From Halorussus marinus (lineage in GTDB: Archaea; Halobacteriota; Halobacteria; Halobacteriales; Haladaptataceae), in assembly GCF_004765795.1 (NCBI RefSeq), contig NZ_SBIV01000007.1, positions 1 to 64,000 on the forward strand: a stretch of 64,000 bases of DNA, read 5' to 3'. Shown piece after piece: positions 20,452-29,833 of this stretch; positions within the stretch are counted from its first letter, which is position 1, and every line of letters starts with the position of its first letter. The notes beneath the pieces are model-generated. The model had not been told where the DNA came from. It did no database searches and saw only the letters and a list, made by a program, of their open reading frames with translations. Made by a program: the position numbers and the translations under genes.

Positions 20452-21441
20452 CTACGGCGTTACAGCTTGTTCATCGGGCTCTGCTGATAGAACTAATTCT
20501 CCGTGGGTCTCGTCATCCGCAATCTCAGTGTAGGTGAGCCAAGGGATGAGTCGGTTGGCACGAGTCTGAACGGTGACTTCACTCCAACCTTTAAGATGGG
20601 CTTCTGAAACCCGATTCATCACAGTTTCAGCACTGAATTCCTCATCAGGGGCTTCCTCACAGAACGCTCGAACCAACGGGATCTGGAGTAATTCTTCAGC
20701 GAGAATCTTTTTTCGGTTGCCAATGCTTGATTGTTGCAACTCCCTTCCTCGGTCAGTTACAACCGGACCAGTACGGGTATAGTCAGCAATCCCAAGGGCA
20801 TAACAGGTCGATAGGGTCTTTTCGACCGTTTTTGTAGACATCTCCGTACTCGCCTCCAAATCCTCACGGGAGTCTGCCTTCGAGATGCGAGGAAGTAACT
20901 CAAAGACTTTCTCCGGAGCAACGCGGGGACAGTTTGCTCCCCGCGGGTTTTCTAAGGGCTCCGTTTCGACCGAAACCTGTTCTGGGCTCGAAGCGAGAAC
21001 GCCGTCAGATCTAGTACCGAGATCAAGATAGCTAATCCAATGGGCATAGACAGAGCCATATGCTCGAAAAGTATCTTCAGCCGCAGCACCAGATTTAGTC
21101 TCGAAGCTGATAAGACGACCAGCTTCTTCAAACGTCACAGAGTCGTCCTGGATCTGATTGAGAAGCTTTGAGACACCCGGAAGTTTCTCAAAGGCCTCGC
21201 GTAGAGGGGTTAGATCCTGCAGCTGGACGACCCGTCTTGCGTCCTCGGTCACTGAAAGCTGACCATCTTCTCGGTTGATCAGGCCGAGGATGACACCATC
21301 ATGGATTTTATTCATCGCCGTCTTGCGCGAATTACCGAGCCCATCAGCGACTTCTTCAGTAGTAGATGCCCCACTAGTGATTTCTCCGAGAACGTCTTCC
21401 GTGTGCTTCGGACGTCTAAAGAGTCGTTTTGTGGTCATCAT
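20452..21441 (-). CDS. Multi-wHTH protein (restriction-endonuclease DNA-binding-like repeats)
   Basis: Two repeats of LG.I....VT..GR; convergent with the HerA gene. Confidence 0.7.
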   Translation of the reverse strand: MMTTKRLFRRPKHTEDVLGEITSGASTTEEVADGLGNSRKTAMNKIHDGVILGLINREDGQLSVTEDARRVVQLQDLTPLREAFEKLPGVSKLLNQIQDDSVTFEEAGRLISFETKSGAAAEDTFRAYGSVYAHWISYLDLGTRSDGVLASSPEQVSVETEPLENPRGANCPRVAPEKVFELLPRISKADSREDLEASTEMSTKTVEKTLSTCYALGIADYTRTGPVVTDRGRELQQSSIGNRKKILAEELLQIPLVRAFCEEAPDEEFSAETVMNRVSEAHLKGWSEVTVQTRANRLIPWLTYTEIADDETHGELVLSAEPDEQAVTP

Positions 21442-21839
21442 TCACCACCCCCCATCGCATCCTCAATTTCATCAAGAGCCTCCGGCAGGTTCTCAACGAG
21501 CAGTTCGTGATGACTTTGCCCCTCTTTCGAAAGATACCCCGCTTCGCGGAGTTTCTGAAGGTAGTTCCGAACAGTACGGTCGCTCTTATCGATGCGGCTG
21601 TAGAAGAATGACGACTCCAGTTCTGGATCATCCACTAGGTCGGCCTCAGACGCGAACCGCTGCCCGATGAAATACACCAGAATTTGGAGTTCAGCATCGA
21701 GCGACCGAGCTCGACTATCCAGATTGATAGTTCCGTCACTATGCAGGTCGAATAGCTTCTTAACACGGTCGAACTCCGATTCTAAGATCGTCGCATCGTC
21801 GACGACCATCTCCTCGTTGATTCGTTCATTCAGATCCAT
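21438..21839 (-). CDS. Small wHTH protein
   Basis: SDRTVRNYLQKLREAGYL; paralog of 17277 and 22223. Confidence 0.75.
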   Translation of the reverse strand: MDLNERINEEMVVDDATILESEFDRVKKLFDLHSDGTINLDSRARSLDAELQILVYFIGQRFASEADLVDDPELESSFFYSRIDKSDRTVRNYLQKLREAGYLSKEGQSHHELLVENLPEALDEIEDAMGGGE

Positions 21840-22230
21840 TGTTCGAACCCTCCTCGACGGTTTTCAGGGCGGTTGCGGTCAATTTCCACAGCTGTGCACG
21901 GCCGTCAGTACCTGCCCGAAGGACCCAATCACGATCTTCCATCCGACCCAGTACGTCGCTCATATTACCGGCAGGTTGGACTCGACACTCACGATAAGCA
22001 TCCTCAATATCACCAACCGTGAACTCGTCAATCCCACGTTGGGTTTCGAGGTAGTACGCAATATAGAGGGACCGCTCAGTGTGACTCGAGGGATCGTTCT
22101 CCTCAACAAACTCCCTGAGATTCGCTCCAGCGGTTGGCTGGTCTGTCCCATCGAGTCGATTTTCGATCTCCGTGACTCGCTGCTTCAGCTCCTCAACTTG
22201 TTCCTCTAGACTTTCAGCGCTGTCACTCAT
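21826..22230 (-). CDS. Small wHTH protein with N-terminal coiled coil
   Basis: Start refined to MSDSAES; IAYYLE...WKLTATA wing motif. Confidence 0.7.
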   Translation of the reverse strand: MSDSAESLEEQVEELKQRVTEIENRLDGTDQPTAGANLREFVEENDPSSHTERSLYIAYYLETQRGIDEFTVGDIEDAYRECRVQPAGNMSDVLGRMEDRDWVLRAGTDGRAQLWKLTATALKTVEEGSNNGSE

Positions 22231-22624
22231 CGGTATCACCTTCGTTAATATAGTCACGGACTTGGTCGATACTATGCGAGGGAATGCGATAGGCGCCGTC
22301 GTCGCTCTCAACTAGACCCTCGTTATCCAATTCCCTTACTGTGGGGTACACCGTGTTCTGATTGACTCCGCTTTGTGTGCTAATCTCACCTGGAGTCATC
22401 CACTTGGTGTCGACCATGTCCAGTTCCGCACGAGCCTTCTGTGCCAGCAGTACTATCAGCGTCTTTTTCTTTGCCGTCAGCTCCCGGAAGTGGTCTTGTG
22501 GGATAAGGTCCCCACTCTGCTTGCCAATTCGAATGTACTCTTCCAGGAGATCATGAAGGATCTCTTCGTGCATCTCTTGCTCATCAACGAGCAAATTTTC
22601 GAGAGTTTTCTGGTTCTCGGACAT
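22223..22624 (-). CDS. Small wHTH protein
   Basis: TPGEISTQSGVNQNTVYPTVRELDNEGLV helix-turn-helix. Confidence 0.75.
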   Translation of the reverse strand: MSENQKTLENLLVDEQEMHEEILHDLLEEYIRIGKQSGDLIPQDHFRELTAKKKTLIVLLAQKARAELDMVDTKWMTPGEISTQSGVNQNTVYPTVRELDNEGLVESDDGAYRIPSHSIDQVRDYINEGDTDE

Positions 22625-22909
22625 CGACACTTTGCCCTTCATACCTCCACCCATATAGTACTTTGGCAATCTTGGAATCTTCTTCGCAGTGTTCCCTCTT
22701 CGGAAATACCCACGTTATATAAACGATTCCGATATGGTTCCCGGCTCTCGATATTGCCAAGTTGCCAAATGGGGTTTCTTGAGCTCATATTATAAAAGAA
22801 TCGGCTATTCAGGGAATAGCTTGGGGGTTGCATCGTAGAGCGAAGGTCTTGGCAAGTCTGATTACAGGGTTGTTACTCGATTGCTGGTGTGATTGAGTAT
22901 CCCCATAGA

Positions 22910-22952
22910 TTAACCAACATCTGAGACGGTGAATTCAGAGTGTGTTGGTTAA
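22910..22952. repeat. TTAACCAACA-N23-TGTTGGTTAA inverted repeat
   Basis: Direct reading. Confidence 0.9.
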
Positions 22953-23040
22953 GTCAATTGCGAATCCCGGAAAGAGGCGAGAATGTACAAAGCGTTCGAA
23001 TATGTACTTTAGAAGGTGCTTCGCGTCTGTTCCGGAAATT

Positions 23041-23064
23041 CGGAAGCGACACGCCGCGGCTTAT
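23041..23064 (+). promoter_or_regulatory. Second copy of the 24-nt element cggaagcgacacgccgcggcttat, upstream of polB2
   Basis: Identical to 13744..13767. Confidence 0.75.
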
Positions 23065-23091
23065 TGTTAAGGCCAATATCTTGACCACATA

Positions 23092-25242
23092 GTGCCATTC
23101 ACCATCGATTTCCTGAATGACGGCCGCATCCTGGAGTGGGAGGCAACCGCCGATGGCGCCGTCGCGACCGAGCGCGATGATTACACCCCACGCTTCTACG
23201 TCGCCGCTCGCGACTCAACGACCGACCTCGACCTCACGACACTTCAGTCGGTGTACGACCAGCACCCGGATGTCGTCGCGACCGAAACAGCTGCGCGACG
23301 GCCCAGGTTTCGGCGGGACGAGGAGACAGTCCTCGCCGTCGACGTCACCCACATTGACCGCGTTACCCCACTCGCCCGGCAAGCGCGTCAGCTGTCGGAG
23401 TATCCAGTCGGGGATCTCGCCTGCTTCAACGTCGACTTCTCGCGAGAGTTCCGATACTGTCTGGAGACCGGCGCCGATCCGACGCCGGCGAGCGAACTGT
23501 CGACGCTCCGGCTCAGCGTCCCAGTGACCGAAGCGAGCAACGACATCTATGGGGAGCTGTCCGTCGCCGGCGACACCGTCACCGGCTCGCCGACGGATAT
23601 CCTGACCGCCGTCCAAGGGGCGCTCGACGCACACGATCCGGACGTCCTGGTCTGCTCGACGAGCGAGATCGTCCCGACCCTGTACGAGATGGCGACGGAT
23701 GCCGGCATCGACGACTTCTCGCTGAGCCGGTGGCCGGACGTCGACTACCAGCAGCTTGCGAGCCGGTCGACGTACTCGAGCTACGGCCGCGTCGGTCACT
23801 CCCCGGCGCGGTACAACGTCCCCGGGCGGGCGATCATCGACGAGTCGAACACGTTCTTCTACGGGGAGACGAACCTCGACGGCGTCTTCGACCTCGTGTC
23901 GCGCTCGAAAAAGCCCGTCCAGGAACTTGCGTGGGCGTCGATCGGGAACGTGCTCACGACGATCCAGATCTGCGAGGCCCACGACCGCGGTGTCCTCGTC
24001 CCGTGGAACTCCTGGCGCCACGAGTTCTACAAGCCGATGGGGACGCTCCACGATGCCGACCGCGGCGGCTTCATCTTCGCGCCCGAGGTCGGCCTCCACG
24101 AGAACGTCCACGAACTCGACTTCTCCTCGTTGTACCCGAACATCATCTGTACCCGGAACGTCTCACCGGACGTTATCCGGTGTGACTGCCACAGCGACCG
24201 CGACGACGTCCCCGGCCTCGGATACTCGATCTGCGACGACCGGGGCTACCTCGTCGACGTGCTGCAGCCAATCATCGACGCCCGCGACGAGATCAAGGCG
24301 GCCATCCGTCGCGAAAAGGAACGAGACGACCCCGACGAGGACCGGCTGACGGAGCTCGAGGGACGGTCGGGTGCGCTGAAGTGGATTCTCGTCGCCTGCT
24401 TCGGCTATCAAGGGTTCAGCAACGCGAAATTCGGCCGTATCGAGTGCCACGAGGCAATCAACGCATTCGCTCGCGAGATTCTGCTGACGGCGAAACAGCG
24501 GCTGGAAGCTGGCGGCTGGCGCGTCGTCCACGGCATCGTCGACTCCATTTGGGTGACCCCGGATCCCGACGTCGACGACGATGACCGCGAGGACCTCGAG
24601 ACGCTCGCGACGGAGATCACGGAGCGCGTCGAGATTCGGCTTGAACACGAAGCCCACTACGACTGGGTCGCGTTCGTGCCGCAGCGCGAGAGCGACGCCG
24701 GCGCGTTGACGAAGTACTTCGGGAAGGTGGCCGGCGACGATGGCTTCAAGATCAGAGGTATCGAAGCCCGGCAGCGCTCAACCCCACCGTTCATCGAGGA
24801 CGTCCAGCGGGATTGTCTCGAACGGCTCGACGCGACTCGATCTCCGGATGCCGTACTCGACTGTCTTCAGGAGGCGGTCAAGCGCCTCCACGCTGGGACG
24901 GTGCCGGTCGAGGATCTCGTCGAACGGAATCGTGTCTCCAAGCCGCTGGAAGGGTACTCGCAATCCACTCAGAACGTGGCGGCGCTAAAGCGGGCTCGCG
25001 ACCAGGACCTCGCCATTCACCCGGGACAGGACATCAAGTACGTGGTCGTCGACGACGAGAAGAGTTCGCGAGAGCGGGTCGCGTTGGCGCACGAAGAGAT
25101 GGAATCGTACGATGCGTCGTACTACGAGACGCAACTCGTCAGAGCTGTCGAGAGTGTACTGTCACCGCTTGGGTGGGACCGCACGGAGATACACCAAGGA
25201 CTCGCAGGGACACGTGAGCCAGAGCTAACCGATTTCCAGTGA
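23092..25242 (+). CDS. polB2: Family B DNA polymerase, PolB2-like
   Basis: DFSSLYPNII, KWILVACFGYQG, altered motif C GIVDSIW, KIRGIE. Confidence 0.88.
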   Translation: MPFTIDFLNDGRILEWEATADGAVATERDDYTPRFYVAARDSTTDLDLTTLQSVYDQHPDVVATETAARRPRFRRDEETVLAVDVTHIDRVTPLARQARQLSEYPVGDLACFNVDFSREFRYCLETGADPTPASELSTLRLSVPVTEASNDIYGELSVAGDTVTGSPTDILTAVQGALDAHDPDVLVCSTSEIVPTLYEMATDAGIDDFSLSRWPDVDYQQLASRSTYSSYGRVGHSPARYNVPGRAIIDESNTFFYGETNLDGVFDLVSRSKKPVQELAWASIGNVLTTIQICEAHDRGVLVPWNSWRHEFYKPMGTLHDADRGGFIFAPEVGLHENVHELDFSSLYPNIICTRNVSPDVIRCDCHSDRDDVPGLGYSICDDRGYLVDVLQPIIDARDEIKAAIRREKERDDPDEDRLTELEGRSGALKWILVACFGYQGFSNAKFGRIECHEAINAFAREILLTAKQRLEAGGWRVVHGIVDSIWVTPDPDVDDDDREDLETLATEITERVEIRLEHEAHYDWVAFVPQRESDAGALTKYFGKVAGDDGFKIRGIEARQRSTPPFIEDVQRDCLERLDATRSPDAVLDCLQEAVKRLHAGTVPVEDLVERNRVSKPLEGYSQSTQNVAALKRARDQDLAIHPGQDIKYVVVDDEKSSRERVALAHEEMESYDASYYETQLVRAVESVLSPLGWDRTEIHQGLAGTREPELTDFQ

Positions 25243-25284
25243 CTGGGCAGCGAATGGTTCAATAGAGAACCACGGTCACACTCC

Positions 25285-25830
25285 CTCCCCCCGTCATCGA
25301 TGTGTAAAACTATGAGAGGAGGGAGGGGGTGACGGGAATAGAATGGCGAAAACCGACGATGAGACCATTAACACGAAGAAGAGCGTCTCAGCGACGTAAT
25401 CTATATTCTTGTAACCAATGCATATTGTCTGACAAAGTTTTATATGTAGTGCGTTACAACCCGAACCGTACTGCATTTGGATGTGAAGGTTAGGAGAAGC
25501 GACGCTTCGACTAACCGAACAGGGGCGTCCCTATCACGCTTCTCGATCTCCTACGCCATCTCTTTTGTTTTCAGCCGTCTCGTGGCGCCAAACCCGACTT
25601 TCGTGATTTGTTCTACGTGAGTACCCCCTTCCACCTTCTGTTGTTTACACATCGATGACGGGGGGTGGGGGTCACGAGACCCCGTGTCTTGATCTCATTT
25701 TCTATCCGTTCGGGGGATTTGGTGTGGAAGCGACTACTCCTGTTCGCTGCATCACCGACTCCAGTTCAGGACTCTCTCGACCTCTGCCCCGCTACTATCT
25801 CGACTTTACACATCGAACACGGGGGGTGTG
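25285..25830. repeat. Iteron/ORB-like repeats CCCCCCRTCATCGAWGTGTAA downstream of orc1/cdc6 #2
   Basis: Copies near 25287 (+), 25644 (-) and 25805 (-), each with a G/C string. Confidence 0.7.
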
Positions 25831-25857
25831 TCCTCCACCGGGTGCTCGCCGAGATTC

Positions 25858-27312
25858 TCACTCTTCGTGAAATTCTTTCAGCTGCGCATTCACGACTGAA
25901 CTGAGGAGTTCTTCCTGCTGGGCTATTCCTTCCAGGCGCGTATCATCGACGATCCGGGTCATCATCGCCTCAGGATCACCCGTGAATGTGAACTCCATAT
26001 ACATCCCACCGCCTCGTCCGCGGCTTTTCCGAGATGTTGAAATCAACCCGTACGTCGAAAGTTCTTTGACATATTTGACGTACGTCTCACGAGTCATCTG
26101 GTCCGCATCGAGTTCGTTCGTGACCCACTGATAGACTTTGAATCCAACCGGACTTGGGACTGAGCTTCCCGTCCGGTTCGAGTGATGCGCAACTGCTGCA
26201 GTTGCGTAGAGTGAAATCTTCTTTTGTGTCGTGAGTCCCTCAACGAGCTTCAGCGACCGGTCTTTGTCGATCTCCTCTTGGGATTCTCGGACGTGGTCCT
26301 CCGTGACCACTTCATCTCCTCGTTCGTCTGCGAGGTCGCCGGCACCGCGGAATAGGTCGATCGCCTTCCGTGCGTCACCGTGACTCTGTGCAGCGAACGC
26401 CGCCACAAGCGGAATCACGTCATCCTCGAGAGCATCTTGACGGAACGCATCGCGTCGATTTTCGAGAATTTCGCGCAGTTGATTCGCGTCGTAGTCAGGG
26501 AAGTAGACGTCACGTGGATTGAACGAGCTCTCGGCACGCCCGTCGATGTCTTCCATAAACTTTGGATCATTCGTCAGCGCTGCGACGGACACGCGGCCTT
26601 CGATTTCGTTCGTGTTACTCGCCCGCGAGAGCTGATAGAGGAGTTTCGAGTACGCGGGTTCGTCGTTTTCGCGCCGGCCGACTAAGAGGTCGATCTCGTC
26701 GAGAATGAAAATGACCGAATTGTAGTGCTCGTTGATGAGTTCGTACAGACGTCGGTACTTGCGCTTCGTCGATACGCCGGTCTCTGGAACACCGACTTCC
26801 CTCCCAACGTCCTGGGCGACAGTTTGGACGAGTTCGTAGACGGCCTGATCGAGCGTATTGATTGGCTGGCAGTTGATATCGACAACGCCGAACCGTTCGC
26901 CTTTGGATTGACAGAGCTCGATGATCTGTTGCGTGACGGCCCCGATGATGAGTGACTTACCTGTTCCTGCGGGACCGTACAGCAGCATATTCGGCGGCCG
27001 ATTTCCTTGGAGAGTCGGTTTCAGAAACGAGACGACGGACTCGAGCTGGTCGTCACGGCCGACGATTCGCTCCTCGTCGATAATCGTGTCAGGCTCGACG
27101 AGATCCCGGTTGACGAAAACCGATGCCTCCCCCTCATCATCGAGCATATCACGGATCGACCGCTGAGCGCTCTCTTCAGTCGATCCCTGATTGTGGCTTG
27201 AGTCTCCGGCAGCGTCCTCACGGGCGGATTCTAACTGCTGTCCATCCGACGTAGAACTAGTTTCTTCATCAAGGGTGGATTGGTCCGCCCCTTCTTGATC
27301 ACTACCGGCCAT
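25858..27312 (-). CDS. orc1: Orc1/Cdc6 replication initiator
   Basis: GPAGTGKS, DINC, ILDEID, FPDYDANQL, GDARKAID, SRGRGGG wing. Confidence 0.95.
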   Translation of the reverse strand: MAGSDQEGADQSTLDEETSSTSDGQQLESAREDAAGDSSHNQGSTEESAQRSIRDMLDDEGEASVFVNRDLVEPDTIIDEERIVGRDDQLESVVSFLKPTLQGNRPPNMLLYGPAGTGKSLIIGAVTQQIIELCQSKGERFGVVDINCQPINTLDQAVYELVQTVAQDVGREVGVPETGVSTKRKYRRLYELINEHYNSVIFILDEIDLLVGRRENDEPAYSKLLYQLSRASNTNEIEGRVSVAALTNDPKFMEDIDGRAESSFNPRDVYFPDYDANQLREILENRRDAFRQDALEDDVIPLVAAFAAQSHGDARKAIDLFRGAGDLADERGDEVVTEDHVRESQEEIDKDRSLKLVEGLTTQKKISLYATAAVAHHSNRTGSSVPSPVGFKVYQWVTNELDADQMTRETYVKYVKELSTYGLISTSRKSRGRGGGMYMEFTFTGDPEAMMTRIVDDTRLEGIAQQEELLSSVVNAQLKEFHEE

Positions 27313-27449
27313 ATGCCTGCTGTACACCGGAGCATTAAAAAGATTAACCTCTGTCGATGTTTATTCGCCCGCTGTATCCAATACACCGCCTGAATTCCGC
27401 GGTTTCACGGCTCGTCAGTAAGAACCGACACCGAAGTACATCTGGTGGG

Positions 27450-28082
27450 AGGCCCCCCGTCATCGATGTGTAACGTAGAATCGGCGCCCCTCTTGTGAAT
27501 TTGCGTATCTCTGATTGGAACTAGTCGTCCCACCCCCCATCATCGAAGTGCAAGCCGCGCGTCTGACACCCCCCGTCATCGAAGTGTAAACGCAGGGTCG
27601 ACCATCCCCCCATCATCGAAGTGAAAATCGGTCCAGTCTCCGGCTCTCTTGATGTTCACCGTTCGAATTTCATTTTGCACACGGGGTGTTCCTGCTCGAC
27701 TTGTTACTCAATTCATCTCTTACACGGAATCCAGTACGTCTGTGTCATCCCACGAGGCCATACTCAATATACAAAACCAGCCTAATATCTCTCTATCGTC
27801 GGAATACGGCACATTTACACTTTGCACACGGGGTGTGTGATGAGAACCTATCAGTGGATACACTCGTGATCAGGGGTGTGGTCTGTCTCAAATAGAAAAA
27901 ACCATGCTTCAACTGTGGAACCCTGTTCGACTGTTCGTGCCTAAAAACGGCTCTATCGACTATTAACGGCTTAATTTAATCTCAAATTCTTTCTCGTTCC
28001 CACTGTTTTCACTCTGGACGAGGGGTGTGTCCACCCCCCTTTTCAAGTGCACCAAAATCAAATAGCACACGGGGTGTGGGAA
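27450..28082. promoter_or_regulatory. Putative replication origin upstream of orc1 #2
   Basis: Four CCCCCCRTCATCGAWGTG repeats (27453, 27533, 27569, 27606) and three GCACACGGGGTGT repeats (~27677, 27824, 28065), separated by AT-richer DNA. Confidence 0.72.
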
Positions 28083-28107
28083 ATCGATAATCGGATGTAT
28101 TGACCCC

Positions 28108-28431
28108 TCATTCGTCCGGATTGACTGGCCCTTTATATTTGGACGTGACCTTGTCCCCCTCTCTCCACTGCCAGTAGTAGTAGCGGTTGTCGTTGATTTC
28201 CTTGATCGTGATCGTTGCCTTCGACGGGACCTCGTCCGGAAGATCATCGGGTCGGTCGTCGATCTCGTCGTCCTCCGACTCCTCCTCGAGGCGGGCCTCG
28301 CGGGCTTTGTGCTCTGCCAGCTCCTCGGCATAGCGTGCGACATGCTGGAGCTGGTCTGGCGAGTAGCCGTTGAGCGTGTCGACGATCTCTGTCGGGAGTT
28401 CGGCTGGCGGCGTCGGTGGCTCGTAGGACAT
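28108..28431 (-). CDS. Hypothetical protein (KEIN.NRYYYWQWREG..V.SKYKGPV); paralog of 53877..54203
   Basis: Start refined to MSYEPPTPP; duplicated in this window. Confidence 0.8.
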   Translation of the reverse strand: MSYEPPTPPAELPTEIVDTLNGYSPDQLQHVARYAEELAEHKAREARLEEESEDDEIDDRPDDLPDEVPSKATITIKEINDNRYYYWQWREGDKVTSKYKGPVNPDE

Positions 28432-28447
28432 TAGCGGTCGCCTCGTG

Positions 28448-28488
28448 TTAACCAACAAAGTGCGTACCGGCATAGATTTGTTGGTTAA
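28448..28488. repeat. TTAACCAACA-N21-TGTTGGTTAA inverted repeat
   Basis: Direct reading. Confidence 0.9.
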
Positions 28489-28635
28489 TCAGATATCGTC
28501 CCTTCGCGGGCTGAAGAGTATGAATAGCAGGCTATTCAAAAATAGCAACCCGGGAACGCTGTCGATGTCAAACCAACGGCAATCAATTAAACCTCACCGT
28601 GGAGGAGGTCGATAATTCAATTGCTGCTGTGAAAC

Positions 28636-29310
28636 TCACGAGCATTCTCTTTCTGACTCACGGTAGGAAACGTCGAGATCGAGATCGTCGTACATGCGAT
28701 CGAGCATAGCGAGTGCTGACTGAAACGTCGCATAATGCTCCCGCATAAACGCTATCGTCTCGCGCCGAGAGATGACTGGATATCCTTCGACGTGGTCGGG
28801 GTTGAGCACCGAACGCTCGTTGAGGACGACTTGGAGAGGACCTTCAAACGATTCCTCCGGTTGTCGCTCAAATCCTGTTGGGATTCCAAACTGTTCGAAA
28901 AAACGCTGCCAGGCGTCGATGTCCTTCTCAAGGACGGCAAGAAAGAGCGGGTAGTCGCCGGGCTCGCGACCAACCTGATAGCCCCCTTGGGTCCACACGT
29001 AGACGGCGTCCACCTGTGTAAAGGCGAAGGGCCAGTCACCGAACTGTGGGAGTACGTACGCCTCTTCGATGGACGGTGGATTCACGGCGGCACTCGTGGC
29101 CAGCAGGTCTCGTGCCGCCTTACGGACGCGATCGTCGGTCACGAACAGTCCATCATCATATCGAAGATACCCTGCATCCTCTAGTTGATTGACTGCTTGT
29201 CGAACCGTTTCGTAGGGGGTGTGGAGATGTTGGGCTACCGTTCGGATCGAATCTCCAGGATTGACTGTGAGCAACACTCTAGCAGCAGTCTCATCAAACG
29301 GATCGTACAT
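28636..29310 (-). CDS. HTH-domain protein with a possible antitoxin/NTase-like C-domain
   Basis: SIRTVAQHLHTPYETVRQAVNQLEDAGYL; DAVYVWTQGGYQ. Confidence 0.75.
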   Translation of the reverse strand: MYDPFDETAARVLLTVNPGDSIRTVAQHLHTPYETVRQAVNQLEDAGYLRYDDGLFVTDDRVRKAARDLLATSAAVNPPSIEEAYVLPQFGDWPFAFTQVDAVYVWTQGGYQVGREPGDYPLFLAVLEKDIDAWQRFFEQFGIPTGFERQPEESFEGPLQVVLNERSVLNPDHVEGYPVISRRETIAFMREHYATFQSALAMLDRMYDDLDLDVSYRESERECS

Positions 29311-29381
29311 CTAATAATTACCAATATTGTGGTAACAGTCAAATAGATTACTACACTTTCGGCTATGCCGTTCTGAACGGC

Positions 29382-29675
29382 CTATGCAATCTGTCTGACT
29401 GACTCAAGTCCCGGGACACCAGCCAGTCTGTCTCTGATCTCCTCCTCGCCAATTGCCGTAGCCCACCGGACCGTAATTTCGACGGTAATGAGTGTGGCCG
29501 ACAGCTGTGGATCGATACTATCCAATTCGTCAATCGTGACGGCATCGATAGTTTCGGGCCGCGAGAGACGCTTCTCAGCGTCAGTGACGAGGTCCCCATC
29601 TGCGCCGCAGGGGATTCGAATCGTCACGACGGCAATTGTCGTCGATTCTGGGTCGGTAGTACTGGATACTGCCAT
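29382..29675 (-). CDS. Small hypothetical protein downstream of the RNA operon
   Basis: 97 aa from MAVSSTT; acidic; GGAGATGA SD-like sequence upstream. Confidence 0.6.
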   Translation of the reverse strand: MAVSSTTDPESTTIAVVTIRIPCGADGDLVTDAEKRLSRPETIDAVTIDELDSIDPQLSATLITVEITVRWATAIGEEEIRDRLAGVPGLESVRQIA

Positions 29676-29734
29676 ATTTTCATCTCCGTTGAGGCGCGTC
29701 TCACGGGCCAGATGTTCGACAACTGTACTCCGAA

Positions 29735-29806
29735 TGCGCGAGGGCGGTTCGAACGCCCGTCTCGGACGTGGCACGACCGCGTGTTTCCGAACTCTACCAC
29801 TCGCGC
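29735..29806 (-). tRNA. tRNA-Gly(GCC)-like, possibly degenerate
   Basis: GCGCGAG..GTAG AGTTCGGAA ACAC..CGGTC GTGCCAC GTCCG..GGGCG TTCGAAC CGCCC TCGCGC A; one anticodon-stem mismatch; T and acceptor stems compete for one C. Confidence 0.7.
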
Positions 29807-29812
29807 ATCCTC

Positions 29813-29822
29813 AAACAAAAAA
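29813..29822 (-). terminator. T-rich archaeal terminator-like tract after the TROVE gene
   Basis: TTTTTTGTTT starting about 12 nt after the stop codon. Confidence 0.45.
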
Positions 29823-29833
29823 TACGGACAGGG

